Positions 17,708 through 29,661 of a stretch of 64,000 nt of DNA are shown in pieces. The stretch lies in contig JAJFHA010000027.1 in the NCBI GenBank assembly GCA_021775875.1, forward strand, positions 21,599-85,598, given 5' to 3'. Below the pieces are notes generated by a model. That model was not told where the DNA came from. It saw nothing but the letters and a program-made list of their open reading frames with translations, and did no database searches. The DNA comes from Hyphomicrobiales bacterium. GTDB taxonomy: Bacteria; Pseudomonadota; Alphaproteobacteria; Rhizobiales; NORP267. The position numbers and the translations under genes are program-made. Position 1 is the stretch's first letter. Each line of letters starts with the position of its first letter.

Positions 17708-17771
17708 AGACTGTTTTCATTCGGATCGAAATAGGGCATAGGGTGCATGAAACCGATCAGGACAATGGATC

Positions 17772-18533
17772 ATGACAATTATGAATGACGAAGTGGCGGA
17801 AAATAAAGATGGCGGTATGCGCGAAACCATCAAGGTAGTTATTCACGCCTTGTTGCTGGCGCTGATCGTTCGCACTTTTTTATTCCAGCCGTTCAATATC
17901 CCGTCTGGGTCGATGAAATCTACCTTGTTGATTGGCGACTATATTTTTGTTTCCAAATTCAGCTACGGCTACAGCAATTTCTCGCTGCCGTTCAGCCCGA
18001 ATATATTCTCCGGGCGGATTTGGAACGAGGAACCTGATCGTGGCGATGTGGCCGTATTCCGCCTGCCGCGCGACACCAGCATCGATTATATCAAGCGGGT
18101 CATTGGGTTGCCGGGTGATGAAATCCAGATGATCGACGGTGTTCTCCATATCAACGGCACAGCAGTTCTGCGGCAGCGAGTTGAGGACTATGTGATGATC
18201 GACCGCCGCGGCCGCCAGATCAACGCACCGCGATACCGCGAAACGTTGCCAAACGGCGTATCGCATTACACGCTGGATCTTGTGGAGAATGGATTTAGCG
18301 ACAATACCGGCGTGTTTAAAGTGCCTGATGGGCATTATTTCATGATGGGTGACAATCGGGATAATTCATCCGATAGCCGGGTCCAGTCAGGTGTCGGATT
18401 TGTGCCGCTTGAAAACTTTATCGGGCGGGCGAACATTGTTTTCTTCTCTCTGGAAGAGGATGCCAGCGCGTGGCGGATATGGGAATGGCCAACATCGGTG
18501 CGTTGGGACCGCTTGTTTACGTCGGTGGATTAA
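17772..18533 (+). CDS. lepB: Signal peptidase I
   Basis: IPSGSM, YIKRVIGLPGD, MGDNRDNSSDSR. Confidence 0.97.
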   Translation: MTIMNDEVAENKDGGMRETIKVVIHALLLALIVRTFLFQPFNIPSGSMKSTLLIGDYIFVSKFSYGYSNFSLPFSPNIFSGRIWNEEPDRGDVAVFRLPRDTSIDYIKRVIGLPGDEIQMIDGVLHINGTAVLRQRVEDYVMIDRRGRQINAPRYRETLPNGVSHYTLDLVENGFSDNTGVFKVPDGHYFMMGDNRDNSSDSRVQSGVGFVPLENFIGRANIVFFSLEEDASAWRIWEWPTSVRWDRLFTSVD

Positions 18534-19250
18534 GTGGGGGCATCTGAAAAATTTGATGTGGACGGCGTCTCCCGCCGGGTTGGATATGAATTCAGCGACC
18601 CGGATGTGCTTCGTCTTGCGCTAACCCATAAAAGCGTTCTAAATGACGATTTAGATGCCAAAACCAACGAGCGGTTGGAGTTTTTAGGCGACCGCGTGCT
18701 TGGGCTGGTAACGGCGGCCATGATCCATAAAGGTTATCCGGATGCCGATGAAGGTGAATTGCATCGCCGACAACGTGCATTGATCCGCAAAGGGACTTGC
18801 GCCGATATTGCAAAAGAAATTGGCCTCGGGGCGCATCTGATCCTTGGTAACAGCGAACAACGCTCTGGTGGACGATCCAAGCAGACGATCCTTGGAGATG
18901 CCTGCGAAGCGGTTTTGGCGGCAATCTATCTCGATGGCGGGTTGGATGAAGCTGCCGGGTTCATTGAGCGCCACTGGCGGCCCCGGATGGAAACTGCAGA
19001 TAAACCCCAGCGCGATGCCAAATCGGCACTTCAGGAATGGGCACAAGGCCAGAGTTTGCCCCCACCGGTATATGAAGTGGAAGACAGGACCGGGCCGGAT
19101 CATGAACCACTATTCACCGTGCGCGTTGTGATTTCCGGGTTGGAGCCAATGTCTGCGAAAGGGCGCTCAAAGCGCGATGCGGAACAGAGTGTTGCAACTA
19201 TTTTTCTCGTTAAAATCGGATTGTGGCAGGAAGAAGCAAATAATGAGTGA
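18534..19250 (+). CDS. rnc: Ribonuclease III
   Basis: NERLEFLGDRVLGL and C-terminal dsRBD. Confidence 0.97.
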   Translation: MGASEKFDVDGVSRRVGYEFSDPDVLRLALTHKSVLNDDLDAKTNERLEFLGDRVLGLVTAAMIHKGYPDADEGELHRRQRALIRKGTCADIAKEIGLGAHLILGNSEQRSGGRSKQTILGDACEAVLAAIYLDGGLDEAAGFIERHWRPRMETADKPQRDAKSALQEWAQGQSLPPPVYEVEDRTGPDHEPLFTVRVVISGLEPMSAKGRSKRDAEQSVATIFLVKIGLWQEEANNE

Positions 19251-20169
19251 CGAATTCGTAACACCACCAATCGCTGATATGCGGTGTGGCTTTGTTGCTG
19301 TCATCGGCGCCCCGAATGCCGGGAAATCCACGCTGATTAATCATATGGTTGGCAGCAAGGTAGCGATTGTCAGCCATAAGGTGCAGACCACGCGGTCGAC
19401 CCTGCGGGGTATTGCTATTTTTGGCAATAGTCAGGTGATATTCATCGATACACCGGGGATTTTCGCCCCCAAACGCCGGCTCGACCGTGCCATGGTCAAA
19501 CAAGCCTGGAGCGGGGCAGGTGACGCTGATTTCGTCATGCTTCTGGTGGATGCCAGAAAAGGGATTGACGACGAGACCCGCGCCATTGTGGAGGGTTTGT
19601 CGGAATTAAAACGGGATATTTTCCTGATCCTCAACAAGATCGATCTGGTGGAACGGGAATCGCTCTTGAAGCTGACTGAAGACCTTGCTGCCATGTATCA
19701 ATTCAAGGATGTATTCATGATCTCGGCGTTGAAAGGCGATGGGGTTGATGATTTGAAAAAGCATCTTGAGGAAAATAGCCAGCCAGGACCGTGGCATTAT
19801 CCGCCGGACCAAATTTCAGACGCACCAAAATATTTCATTGCGGCCGAGATCACGCGGGAAAAGCTGTTCCTGAGACTGCATGATGAATTGCCATATGCTT
19901 CCACGGTTGAAACTGAGACCTGGGAAGACAAGGCCGATGGTTCTATCCGGATTGAGCAGGTGATTTATGTAATCCGCGACAGCCAGAAACCTATTGTTAT
20001 TGGCAAGAACGGGCAGACGATCCGGGCTATCGGGTCAGATGCGCGAACGGAATTATCTGAAATTCTGGGATGCAAGGTTCACTTGTTTCTGTTTGTAAAA
20101 GTGCGTGGCAAATGGGGTGATGATCCGGCGCGATATCGGGCCATGGGGCTTGATTTTCCGCGCGAATGA
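19243..20169 (+). CDS. era: GTPase Era
   Basis: GAPNAGKS, DTPG, NKID, KH domain; ATG 19243 overlaps rnc end. Confidence 0.97.
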   Translation: MSDEFVTPPIADMRCGFVAVIGAPNAGKSTLINHMVGSKVAIVSHKVQTTRSTLRGIAIFGNSQVIFIDTPGIFAPKRRLDRAMVKQAWSGAGDADFVMLLVDARKGIDDETRAIVEGLSELKRDIFLILNKIDLVERESLLKLTEDLAAMYQFKDVFMISALKGDGVDDLKKHLEENSQPGPWHYPPDQISDAPKYFIAAEITREKLFLRLHDELPYASTVETETWEDKADGSIRIEQVIYVIRDSQKPIVIGKNGQTIRAIGSDARTELSEILGCKVHLFLFVKVRGKWGDDPARYRAMGLDFPRE

Positions 20170-20215
20170 ACTGAATTCTGTTCTTGGTCCAGTGATCTGA
20201 AGGAACATTCCCTCA

Positions 20216-20956
20216 ATGGAATGGCAAGAACCTGGCATAATTCTCGGCACCCGCAAGCTCGGTGAAGGCAGCGTTATTGTCGAGATTCTTACACTCGACC
20301 ATGGCCGCCATATGGGGGTTGTGCGCGGTGGACGCGGCAGTCGGATGCGCAGTATTCTGCAACCGGGAAACCGGGTTTTTGCGACGTGGCGGGCGCGCCT
20401 TTCCGATCATCTTGGGCAATTCAAACTGGAACCGGACCAACTTGATGCGGCCCTGTTCATGGATGACCGTTTACGTTTGCTCGGTCTGAACCAGCTCAAC
20501 GAACAGGTCAGGTTGTTGGCCGAGCGTGAACCGCACCCGGACCTTTTCGCACGTTATAAATTTATGCTGGATGCTGTGCTTGAAGGCGCAAATTGGGCAA
20601 AATATCTGATCGCGTGGGAAGTGAATTTATTGCAGGAACTTGGCTTCGGCCTGGACCTTTCGGTTTGTGCCGCGACAGGCAAAACGGATGATCTGGTTTA
20701 CGTCTCTCCCAAAACCGGACGTGCGGTGAGCCGTGAAGCAGGCGAGCCGTATCATGATCGAATGCTGACGCTTCCAAAGTTTTTGGTTGCGGACAATGAT
20801 CCCGATGCGGAAGAATTGCGGGCCGGATTTGCCCTTACTGATTTTTTTCTGTTGCGGGAAATATACAATCCACGGCAAATCGAACCCTCAATCATTCGCG
20901 AACAACTGGTGGGCAAGCTTTGCAGACCTGCGAAAAATGGTCGAAATTTGCTCTAG
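20216..20956 (+). CDS. recO: DNA repair protein RecO
   Basis: LQPGN..WRARL..HLG, ELGFGLDLSVCAATG, YVSPKTGRAVS. Confidence 0.95.
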   Translation: MEWQEPGIILGTRKLGEGSVIVEILTLDHGRHMGVVRGGRGSRMRSILQPGNRVFATWRARLSDHLGQFKLEPDQLDAALFMDDRLRLLGLNQLNEQVRLLAEREPHPDLFARYKFMLDAVLEGANWAKYLIAWEVNLLQELGFGLDLSVCAATGKTDDLVYVSPKTGRAVSREAGEPYHDRMLTLPKFLVADNDPDAEELRAGFALTDFFLLREIYNPRQIEPSIIREQLVGKLCRPAKNGRNLL

Positions 20957-21006
20957 CGCTCGGGAAGCCTTGAGATTGGCGCTTTGTTGGAGTAATCCGA
21001 CACATT

Positions 21007-23262
21007 ATGAGCAAAGCAGCGCAACCACCTGATTCGGGCGATATCGAGCCAATTGGCCTGCGCGAAGCGTTGGAAGAACGCTATCTGGCTTATGCGCTTT
21101 CAACAATCATGCACCGGGCTTTGCCGGATGTCAGGGACGGCTTGAAACCGGTTCACCGGCGCGTTCTTCATGCGATGCGATTGTTGAAGCTTGATCCTGA
21201 TGCAGGCTTCAAAAAATGCGCCCGTGTTGTTGGCGATGTGATCGGCAAATATCATCCTCACGGCGACCAGTCGATTTATGACGCGTTGGTGCGGTTGGCC
21301 CAGGAATTTGCAGTGCGTTACCCGCTCGTAGATGGGCAGGGGAATTTCGGCAACATCGACGGCGATAACGCCGCCGCCATGCGGTATACCGAAGCGCGGC
21401 TGACCGCAGTCGCGACGGCGCTTCTGGAAGGTATAGACCAGGATACGGTTGATTTTCGCAGCACCTATGACGGTGAAGAAGAAGAACCGGTTGTTCTGCC
21501 CGGCAATTTTCCCAATCTGTTGGCAAATGGTTCCACCGGTATTGCGGTTGGTATGGCGACCAGTATTCCTCCGCATAATGCCGGCGAATTGTGCGACGCC
21601 GCGTTGCATCTGATTAAATTCCCAAACGCAACAATTGCGAAGCTGGTTGATTTCGTTCCCGGTCCAGATTTCCCGACGGGTGGAGAAATTATTGAAGGCC
21701 GCGATTCTATTGTTGAATCGTATAAGACCGGGAAGGGCGGCTTTAGCCTGCGCGCCAAATGGGAGAAGGAAGATACCGGGCGTGGGGGCTATGTTGTTGT
21801 CCTTACTGAAATTCCGTATCAGGTTCAAAAATCCCGTCTGATTGCGAAAATCGCCGAATTACTGTTCGCCAAGCGCCTGCCGCTGCTTGGCGATGTTCGC
21901 GATGAATCTGCTGACGATGTTCGCATTGTTCTGGAACCGCGCAGCCGAACTGTTGATCCCGTCGTAATGATGGAAAGCCTGTTCAAGCTGACCGATCTTG
22001 AGGTGCGGATTTCCCTCAACATGAATGTTCTCAGCCAGGGCAAGATCCCCAAGGTGATGAACCTCTCGGAAGTGTTGAGCGAATGGTTGGCGCATCGAAA
22101 AGAAGTGTTGGTTCGCGCCACCAGTTTCCGGCTTGGAAAAATAAATCACCGGCTGGAAATTCTGGCGGGCTATTTGATCGCCTACCTCAATCTGGATGAA
22201 GTGATCCGGATCATTCGTTTTGAAGACGAAGTCAAGAAAACGCTGATCGCTACATTTGCTCTGACAGAGGTCCAGGCGGAAGCCATCCTGAATATGCGTC
22301 TGCGCTCTTTGCGCAAGCTGGAAGAGATGGAAATTCGCAAAGAAAACGAAAGTCTTCTGGAGGAGAAAGCAGCGCTTGAAGCGCTTCTGGCATCAGAAGA
22401 TATGCAATGGACGCGGATAGCTGAGCAAATCCGGGATATTCGCGAAAAATTCGGTGTCAAGACCGAGCTTGGCAAGCGCCGCACCGGGTTCGCTATCAAA
22501 CCTGAAACAGATGATAGTGATATTGCCGAAGCAATGATCGAGCGTGAGCCGGTGACAATCGTCTTTTCTGAAAAAGGCTGGATCAGGGCGATGCGCGGGC
22601 ATCTGGAAGATTATTCTAAAATCCAGTTCAAATCCGGTGACCGGTTGCGGTTTGCTTTTCATGGCGAGACCACTGACAAGATCATTTTGTTTGCGACCAA
22701 CGGCCGGTTTTTCACTCTTGCCGCCGATAAATTACCCGGTGGGCGTGGGCACGGCGAACCGATCCGGTTGATGATCGACCTCGAAGAGAATAACGAAATT
22801 GTCGTCCTGGCGCGCCATGTGCCTGGCCGCAAGCTCCTTGTTGCAGCGACCGATGGTCGGGGATTTATCGTGACTGAGGACGATGTGGTGGCGATGACCC
22901 GCAAGGGCCGGCAGGTCTTGAATGTGCCGGATGGCGAAGAAGCTTGTGTTTGCGTGCCTGCGGTCGGGGATCACATTGCTTGCGTCGGGTTGAACCGCAA
23001 ACTGCTCATATTCAAATCCTCCGAATTGCCTGAAATGGGCCGGGGTCGGGGAATTGTATTGCAGCGTTATAAAGATGGCGGGCTGTCTGACGCACGCATA
23101 TTTGCTCTTGAAGAAGGTTTAACCTGGCTCGATAGCGCCGGGCGCACCTGGACTGTGAAAGAAGCTGATCTTGCTGATTGGCACGGAGGCCGCGCCCAAG
23201 CTGGCAGATTACCGCCCAAGGGCTTTCCAAAAAACAATAAATTCGGACCTGCCGGGTTTTAA
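21007..23262 (+). CDS. parC: DNA topoisomerase IV subunit A
   Basis: [29 protein letters not shown]; 751 aa, shorter CTD than GyrA. Confidence 0.95.
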   Translation: MSKAAQPPDSGDIEPIGLREALEERYLAYALSTIMHRALPDVRDGLKPVHRRVLHAMRLLKLDPDAGFKKCARVVGDVIGKYHPHGDQSIYDALVRLAQEFAVRYPLVDGQGNFGNIDGDNAAAMRYTEARLTAVATALLEGIDQDTVDFRSTYDGEEEEPVVLPGNFPNLLANGSTGIAVGMATSIPPHNAGELCDAALHLIKFPNATIAKLVDFVPGPDFPTGGEIIEGRDSIVESYKTGKGGFSLRAKWEKEDTGRGGYVVVLTEIPYQVQKSRLIAKIAELLFAKRLPLLGDVRDESADDVRIVLEPRSRTVDPVVMMESLFKLTDLEVRISLNMNVLSQGKIPKVMNLSEVLSEWLAHRKEVLVRATSFRLGKINHRLEILAGYLIAYLNLDEVIRIIRFEDEVKKTLIATFALTEVQAEAILNMRLRSLRKLEEMEIRKENESLLEEKAALEALLASEDMQWTRIAEQIRDIREKFGVKTELGKRRTGFAIKPETDDSDIAEAMIEREPVTIVFSEKGWIRAMRGHLEDYSKIQFKSGDRLRFAFHGETTDKIILFATNGRFFTLAADKLPGGRGHGEPIRLMIDLEENNEIVVLARHVPGRKLLVAATDGRGFIVTEDDVVAMTRKGRQVLNVPDGEEACVCVPAVGDHIACVGLNRKLLIFKSSELPEMGRGRGIVLQRYKDGGLSDARIFALEEGLTWLDSAGRTWTVKEADLADWHGGRAQAGRLPPKGFPKNNKFGPAGF

Positions 23263-23279
23263 TTCTGATCATACCACTA

Positions 23280-24029
23280 TTATTTTAGCAACTGCCACCC
23301 GGCGGGGCTTAAATGTTCTTGGGGTTTGAACCGGGTTTTATAATCCATTTTATCCGATCCCTTGACCCAAAATCCAAGATACAGATAGGGCAGGCCCAGC
23401 TTTCTGGTGCGTTCAATATGATCCAGGATCATGTAGGTGCCGAGGCTGCGGTCCAGCGCTTCGGGCTCAAAAAACGAATAGACCATCGACAAACCGTCTT
23501 CGAGCTGGTCGGTCAACGAGACGCCCAGCAATTCACCTGATTTAGTCACTTCACTATCCAGCATCGGAGGTTGGCGTAGACGATATTCGATTAGGTGCGT
23601 GTCTATCGAAGTGTCTTCCACCATCAGTGCATAATCAAAGATGGTCATATCCACCATGCCACCGTCGCTGTGGCGGGCATCGAGATAGGCCCGAAAAATA
23701 GAATATTGATTACTGGTGGGCACAGGGTCAATGACGTTTGCTAGAAGATCTCTGTTGATTTTTGTAACCCGTTTCATGTTCCGGGTCGGTATAAAATCAT
23801 CGACCAGTACGCGCACCGAAATACAGGCGTCGCAGGTTTCGCATGACGGGCGATAAGCAATGCTCTGGCTGCGCCTGAAACCGGACTGGGTCAAAAGATC
23901 GTTGAGTGCTGCCGCTTCATCGCCACCCAGATGGGTGAAGATTTTGCGCTCCTTCTGCCCCTTGATGTAAGGGCATGACGTGGGGCGCGTCATGAAAAAT
24001 TGAGGCAGGTCTCGGCTATGCTTTGTCAA
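23280..24029 (-). CDS. bpt: Aspartate/glutamate leucyltransferase (arginyltransferase-like)
   Basis: [37 protein letters not shown]. Confidence 0.9.
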   Translation of the reverse strand: MTKHSRDLPQFFMTRPTSCPYIKGQKERKIFTHLGGDEAAALNDLLTQSGFRRSQSIAYRPSCETCDACISVRVLVDDFIPTRNMKRVTKINRDLLANVIDPVPTSNQYSIFRAYLDARHSDGGMVDMTIFDYALMVEDTSIDTHLIEYRLRQPPMLDSEVTKSGELLGVSLTDQLEDGLSMVYSFFEPEALDRSLGTYMILDHIERTRKLGLPYLYLGFWVKGSDKMDYKTRFKPQEHLSPAGWQLLK

Positions 24030-24059
24030 AATGTTTGATCCAAAAAACCCGGCAAATCT

Positions 24060-25898
24060 CTAAACAGCGAGATTGTAATACCAGGGGGCAATAATTGAAA
24101 ATGTCAACCACACAATGAAGGCAAGAGGAAGTCCGGTGCGAATAAAATCTGAAAATCTGTAATGTCCGGGTGCCATCACCAACAGGTTGGTTTGATAGCC
24201 AAACGGCGTCGCAAACGAGCAGTTGGACGCAAAAATGACAGCGACCACAAAGGGCATGGGTTCGACTCCCATGCGGGCGGCGAGGCCGATTGCGATTGGC
24301 GTGAATAAAACCGCAGTTGCATTATTGCTGAGAAAATTTGTTAAAATAGCGACCAGCCCGAACATGGCGGACAACATGATAGCAGGCGATGCGCCTGCCA
24401 AAGCGTCAAACAGGCTGTTGGCGATAAAGGTGGCGCCGCCGGTCGCTTGCAATGGCACGGCCATGGCGAGCGATGCGCCGACGAGCAAATAGATGCGCTG
24501 ATCGAAGGCGCGCGCGGCCTGGCGTACATTCAGGCATCCCATGGGGATCATCAAAAGTGCGCCAGCAAGCGCCGCCACAACGATGGGCACTATGCTGGTG
24601 GCGGCCGCCGCGATGACACCTGCGAAAATGAGCAGGGCGCGAAAGGCAAGCGCCGTTCGTGGCAATTCGGTAGCTGACCATTCAAGCAGTAGAATATCCC
24701 TGTTAAAACGTAGTTTGAAAACGCTTTGCGGGGATCCCATGACCAACAATACGTCGCCCGATTCAAGTCGGATTTCATTCAGGCCAAGCCGGATCATACG
24801 ACTGCGACGCTGCACCCCAAGGACGATACAACTGGTGTCGGAATGAAGTCCTGTTGTCTCAACCGTGCGCCCGATCATGCGGGAACCTGGAGCAACAATG
24901 GCTTCGGCGAGCATTAATTCGTCTTGGGTCGATTGGTTCACGCTATCCGATTGAGTTTGTTCGCTCGGATTTGATTGCAGAATAGCCCGGCGCGCTTTCA
25001 AGGCTTCTGTGAGAACATTGCGGGTGGCGGCAACCACAACTTCATCGCCGGGTCGCAGGGTAATATTTTCAAATGGGGGTAGAAATGGATGCTCGCCACG
25101 TTGCACCAGCCGGACGGTCATTTCTTTTAACTCAGGGAACATACCTGCGATGGATTTTGCGCCGACCAGCGGGTGATCATGGGTGATGTCGATCTGGGCG
25201 ATGAACTGTTTGCCGCCATGCTCGACGACTTCATCGGTAAGGGTGGCTCGTTTGACCAACATTCGCGGCATAACAAACAATACATAAAGTGAGCCGACAC
25301 TTGCCAAAATCAAACCAGGGATGGTGAAATCAAAAAAGCCTATTGGGGCCAATCCATTTCGGGTTGCCTGCCCAGCAACCAATAAATTGGTTGAGGAGCC
25401 AATCAACGTCGTCATGCCGCCAAGAATGCAGATGAAACTAAGGGGCATCAACACGTTGGAGGCGGTTCTGCCTATCCGTGAGGCCATGACGCTGACAATC
25501 GGAATAAACATCACGACAACGGGTGTATTGTTCATGAACCCGCTCATGAGCCCGGCAAAGACCAGGACCAATAGTATCATGATGCCGCCATGCTTTGCCG
25601 AATGATTGGCAAGATAGCGGGCAGGGCCTTCAAGAGCGCCGGTATGAAACAACCCCTGGCCGATAACCAATAGTGCAATGATTGCGATCAGAGACGGGTC
25701 TGCCAGACCAGCGAGCAACTGATATGGCTCGATCAGGTTTTCCCCATTGACGCTGACAATCGGCAGGAATTCAAATATCAGCAAAAATGCAACAATGGTG
25801 CCGACGCAGGTAACTTCAAGCCGTACCCGCTCCATCGCCAGCAATACGACCGTTACGGCGATAACGCCGAATGTGAGCCACATCTGTAGGTCGTGCAA
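24060..25898 (-). CDS. SLC13/CitMHS-family permease with two TrkA-C domains
   Basis: FMNNTPVV, GGMTTLIGSSTNLLV, LSNNATAV, TPFGYQTN. Confidence 0.9.
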   Translation of the reverse strand: MHDLQMWLTFGVIAVTVVLLAMERVRLEVTCVGTIVAFLLIFEFLPIVSVNGENLIEPYQLLAGLADPSLIAIIALLVIGQGLFHTGALEGPARYLANHSAKHGGIMILLVLVFAGLMSGFMNNTPVVVMFIPIVSVMASRIGRTASNVLMPLSFICILGGMTTLIGSSTNLLVAGQATRNGLAPIGFFDFTIPGLILASVGSLYVLFVMPRMLVKRATLTDEVVEHGGKQFIAQIDITHDHPLVGAKSIAGMFPELKEMTVRLVQRGEHPFLPPFENITLRPGDEVVVAATRNVLTEALKARRAILQSNPSEQTQSDSVNQSTQDELMLAEAIVAPGSRMIGRTVETTGLHSDTSCIVLGVQRRSRMIRLGLNEIRLESGDVLLVMGSPQSVFKLRFNRDILLLEWSATELPRTALAFRALLIFAGVIAAAATSIVPIVVAALAGALLMIPMGCLNVRQAARAFDQRIYLLVGASLAMAVPLQATGGATFIANSLFDALAGASPAIMLSAMFGLVAILTNFLSNNATAVLFTPIAIGLAARMGVEPMPFVVAVIFASNCSFATPFGYQTNLLVMAPGHYRFSDFIRTGLPLAFIVWLTFSIIAPWYYNLAV

Positions 25899-25994
25899 AA
25901 TCTCATCCGTCTGCTGCTGGGGATTTAACCCTGATTCAGGACATTGTGACGGACGAGATCAGATTTTCAAGGAGGAATTGACTGTCTGGAACGA

Positions 25995-26507
25995 TTAGAG
26001 GATGCGGTCTGCGGCCTGGCGATCAACGATAACGGTGCCGAGCAGCAAATCGTGGAGCAGACGTCCGCGCGGTTCAAACAGGGCAATAGCCAGGACAAAT
26101 GGGGTCAGCGCCACGATGGAGACGTAAAAGCCGATGGCATGGAAAACAGCCAGCAAGAAGTCCAGTTTCCTGCCGCTCCAGGTGATGACCTTCAGGTCCA
26201 TCACGCGCATGCCGAAGGTCGCGGATTGCGGACCGGACAATCCAAACCCGGTATAGAGAAGCGCGACACCGGGAAACACAAGTCCCAGCGCCAGCCAGGC
26301 CAGACCAAAGGTGAAAATTCCCAACACCAGCGTCACCATAAAGACAGCGGATGACAGCAGGGCAACAACGGTTACATCGATTAAAAACGCGAAAATACGG
26401 CGACTGACAACACCTTCATAGAGTTCCGGGTAATCAGGCGCGTTGAAAGTATCGGAAAATCCGGTTTCCCGGTCCGTATCCTGCATTTTAGCGTCGATAT
26501 GATCCAT
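25995..26507 (-). CDS. RDD-family membrane protein
   Basis: RRIFAFLID, ATFGMR, RLLHDLL. Confidence 0.9.
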   Translation of the reverse strand: MDHIDAKMQDTDRETGFSDTFNAPDYPELYEGVVSRRIFAFLIDVTVVALLSSAVFMVTLVLGIFTFGLAWLALGLVFPGVALLYTGFGLSGPQSATFGMRVMDLKVITWSGRKLDFLLAVFHAIGFYVSIVALTPFVLAIALFEPRGRLLHDLLLGTVIVDRQAADRIL

Positions 26508-26600
26508 TTCCTGATTTCTGTTTTTGTTTGGAGATAGCTAACAGATAAGAGAAAGACAGTAAATTTCAAGGGGATTTGGCTCAAGTTACAAAAAGGAAGG

Positions 26601-27425
26601 TTACGCCGTGTCCTTGATTTTCAACTCAATTTCATCACGAAGTTTTGTGATTTTTCGATCAAAAATTTCGTCGATTTGTGCGTTAGTTAGCTCGAATTCC
26701 ATGGATTTCTTGATGATGTCGTCCACATTGAAATTTTGGGGGTCTTCAATCTTTGAGAGTTTGTTGAGCCAGCTAAAATGTTGTTTTTGATAATCCAGAA
26801 GTTGCGCGCCTTTTTGGGCAATTGTTTCAGTCAAATTTGAAATGAACGGCGCAATCGCTTTTTGTTGATTTTCAAAATAGGGATTGTTGTTTTCGTTATC
26901 TGTGTAGGGAATTTTGATCCTTGAAAAATGGTCATGTCCGGGAGAAAAAAGAGAAAAATATTTTTCCAGATCACCGGAATGGTTTTTGGCTAACAGCGCA
27001 GATTCCTGTTTTGATGTAATCAATAGAGCGTGCAGGTCGTCTTCCATAAGGTGTTTCACAAGCCAGAAATCAAATTGATCTCGTAACAAGTGGGCGATTG
27101 AAGATAGAAGGATATACGTGTTGTGGGCGTTGGCGGCGAGGGGGATGCAGTGCTGCGCATCATTCAGATTGATCCAAAACTGCGTACCCCGCCATTCCGC
27201 TGTCAGGGTTTCAGAATCGGGAAGTTTTTTACCAAGTTGGTGGCAGATGCCTGTTTCTTCTTGAAACCATGCGACCCACAGAAACTCCTTTTCCATTTCA
27301 TTTCTTGAAATGAAGGCTTCTTCCTGCTCGGCGTCGAAGTTAGATGCACCATCCTCAGCACCGTTTTCGTTTGGTCCAGACGCAAAGATTTTCGTTGCCT
27401 TGAGCATCCATTCCAAATTTCGCAT
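26601..27425 (-). CDS. Hypothetical protein (AT-rich, not recognised)
   Basis: 274-aa ORF from ATG 27425, 7 nt after the upstream stop; visibly more AT-rich than its neighbours. Confidence 0.7.
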   Translation of the reverse strand: MRNLEWMLKATKIFASGPNENGAEDGASNFDAEQEEAFISRNEMEKEFLWVAWFQEETGICHQLGKKLPDSETLTAEWRGTQFWINLNDAQHCIPLAANAHNTYILLSSIAHLLRDQFDFWLVKHLMEDDLHALLITSKQESALLAKNHSGDLEKYFSLFSPGHDHFSRIKIPYTDNENNNPYFENQQKAIAPFISNLTETIAQKGAQLLDYQKQHFSWLNKLSKIEDPQNFNVDDIIKKSMEFELTNAQIDEIFDRKITKLRDEIELKIKDTA

Positions 27426-27432
27426 TATCGCT

Positions 27433-28494
27433 TTACCCAAGCTTTTCAGCAGCCAACGCGGTTCCCACCACCCGTGCCTTGATTTTGGCAAACGCTGTGG
27501 CGCGGGCCATGGCGATGTCGTCGCCGAAGGGTGAAAAGCCGCAATCGTCGGTGGTGCCGAACCGTTCGCCCTTTAAATGTTCTGCGATTTCCAGGGTGCG
27601 GTCACGGACAATATCAAATGTCTCAACATTCATGTCGCACGGATCAATGACGCCGATGAAAGTGGTCTGGAATGGTTGGCGTTCACGCTGGATAATATCG
27701 AGGATACGGGGTTTATCGATTTCGCTCGCCATCTGGAGATAAAATCTGCCGGCTTTCATCTGGAACAGATCAGGCAGAAGTTCTGAATAATCCACGTCGG
27801 CGGAATGGGTGGAATTGTGATCGCCACCGGGGCAGGTATGGATGCCGATATTTGCGCGCTCAGAATCTGAGAATTGATCGAGCACCGCGTTGTTCAATTC
27901 TACAAATTGGCGGAGCAATCCTTTGGAGGGGTCCAGCTTGCAGGCTAGCCGTCCTTCGGTAAAATCGATTTGTACAATTTCGGCACCAGCGTCGAATGCG
28001 GACCGGATGTCTTTGACGCATTCGCCAATCAGGTCTGCGATAAACGTTTCGCGCGGATAGCCGTCAATTCCAGATTCGGGATATAGCAGGCACATGGCGG
28101 AGGGGGAGATGACGGCCTGTTTCAGTCGGAGCTTTGTATGTTTGCGTGCCTGCGCTACATAGGCTCCGGTATAGGCGCTGTAACGAAATGGGCCGCTGGT
28201 AAGGCAAGGCAGTTGGCGGGTGTGGCCATCGGCAAAAGGAATAACAACGCCATCGGGGCCCAGATTGGTCAAACCGTCCAGAGGGTAAGTCGCAAAACTC
28301 GGTTTGGATTGTTCGCCATCTGTGATGATCGATGATCCGGTCGCTTCCATTTCCGTAATGGTTTCAATAATCGCTTTTTCCGTTGCCGCGTCGAAACCTG
28401 CTTTGGATATTTTGCCGTCCTTGAATGCGCCCATTGCTTCGAGCAAATAGGATGGCCGCGGGACACTGCCGCAGCCTTCCGTTGGAATAGCCAT
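27433..28494 (-). CDS. Cobalamin-independent methionine synthase II family protein (single catalytic barrel)
   Basis: GSVPRP, ITDGEQ, IVQID, HTC and DDCGF zinc-ligand motifs; 353 aa, lacks the N-terminal MetE barrel. Confidence 0.85.
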   Translation of the reverse strand: MAIPTEGCGSVPRPSYLLEAMGAFKDGKISKAGFDAATEKAIIETITEMEATGSSIITDGEQSKPSFATYPLDGLTNLGPDGVVIPFADGHTRQLPCLTSGPFRYSAYTGAYVAQARKHTKLRLKQAVISPSAMCLLYPESGIDGYPRETFIADLIGECVKDIRSAFDAGAEIVQIDFTEGRLACKLDPSKGLLRQFVELNNAVLDQFSDSERANIGIHTCPGGDHNSTHSADVDYSELLPDLFQMKAGRFYLQMASEIDKPRILDIIQRERQPFQTTFIGVIDPCDMNVETFDIVRDRTLEIAEHLKGERFGTTDDCGFSPFGDDIAMARATAFAKIKARVVGTALAAEKLG

Positions 28495-28509
28495 TGTTTT
28501 TTCCCCCGT

Positions 28510-29514
<1,005 letters not shown>

Positions 29515-29661
29515 TAGAAACGGTCCAAAATACTGAATTCAGCAGAACCTATTCCAAGCCATGGTGGCATGCAATTGGAAGCATTTAAATTGGTTACATT
29601 ATACCCTTGCTTGACGGTGGTCCGGGGCGGCTATATTCGTTCAGCACAATTTGGGGCCAAT

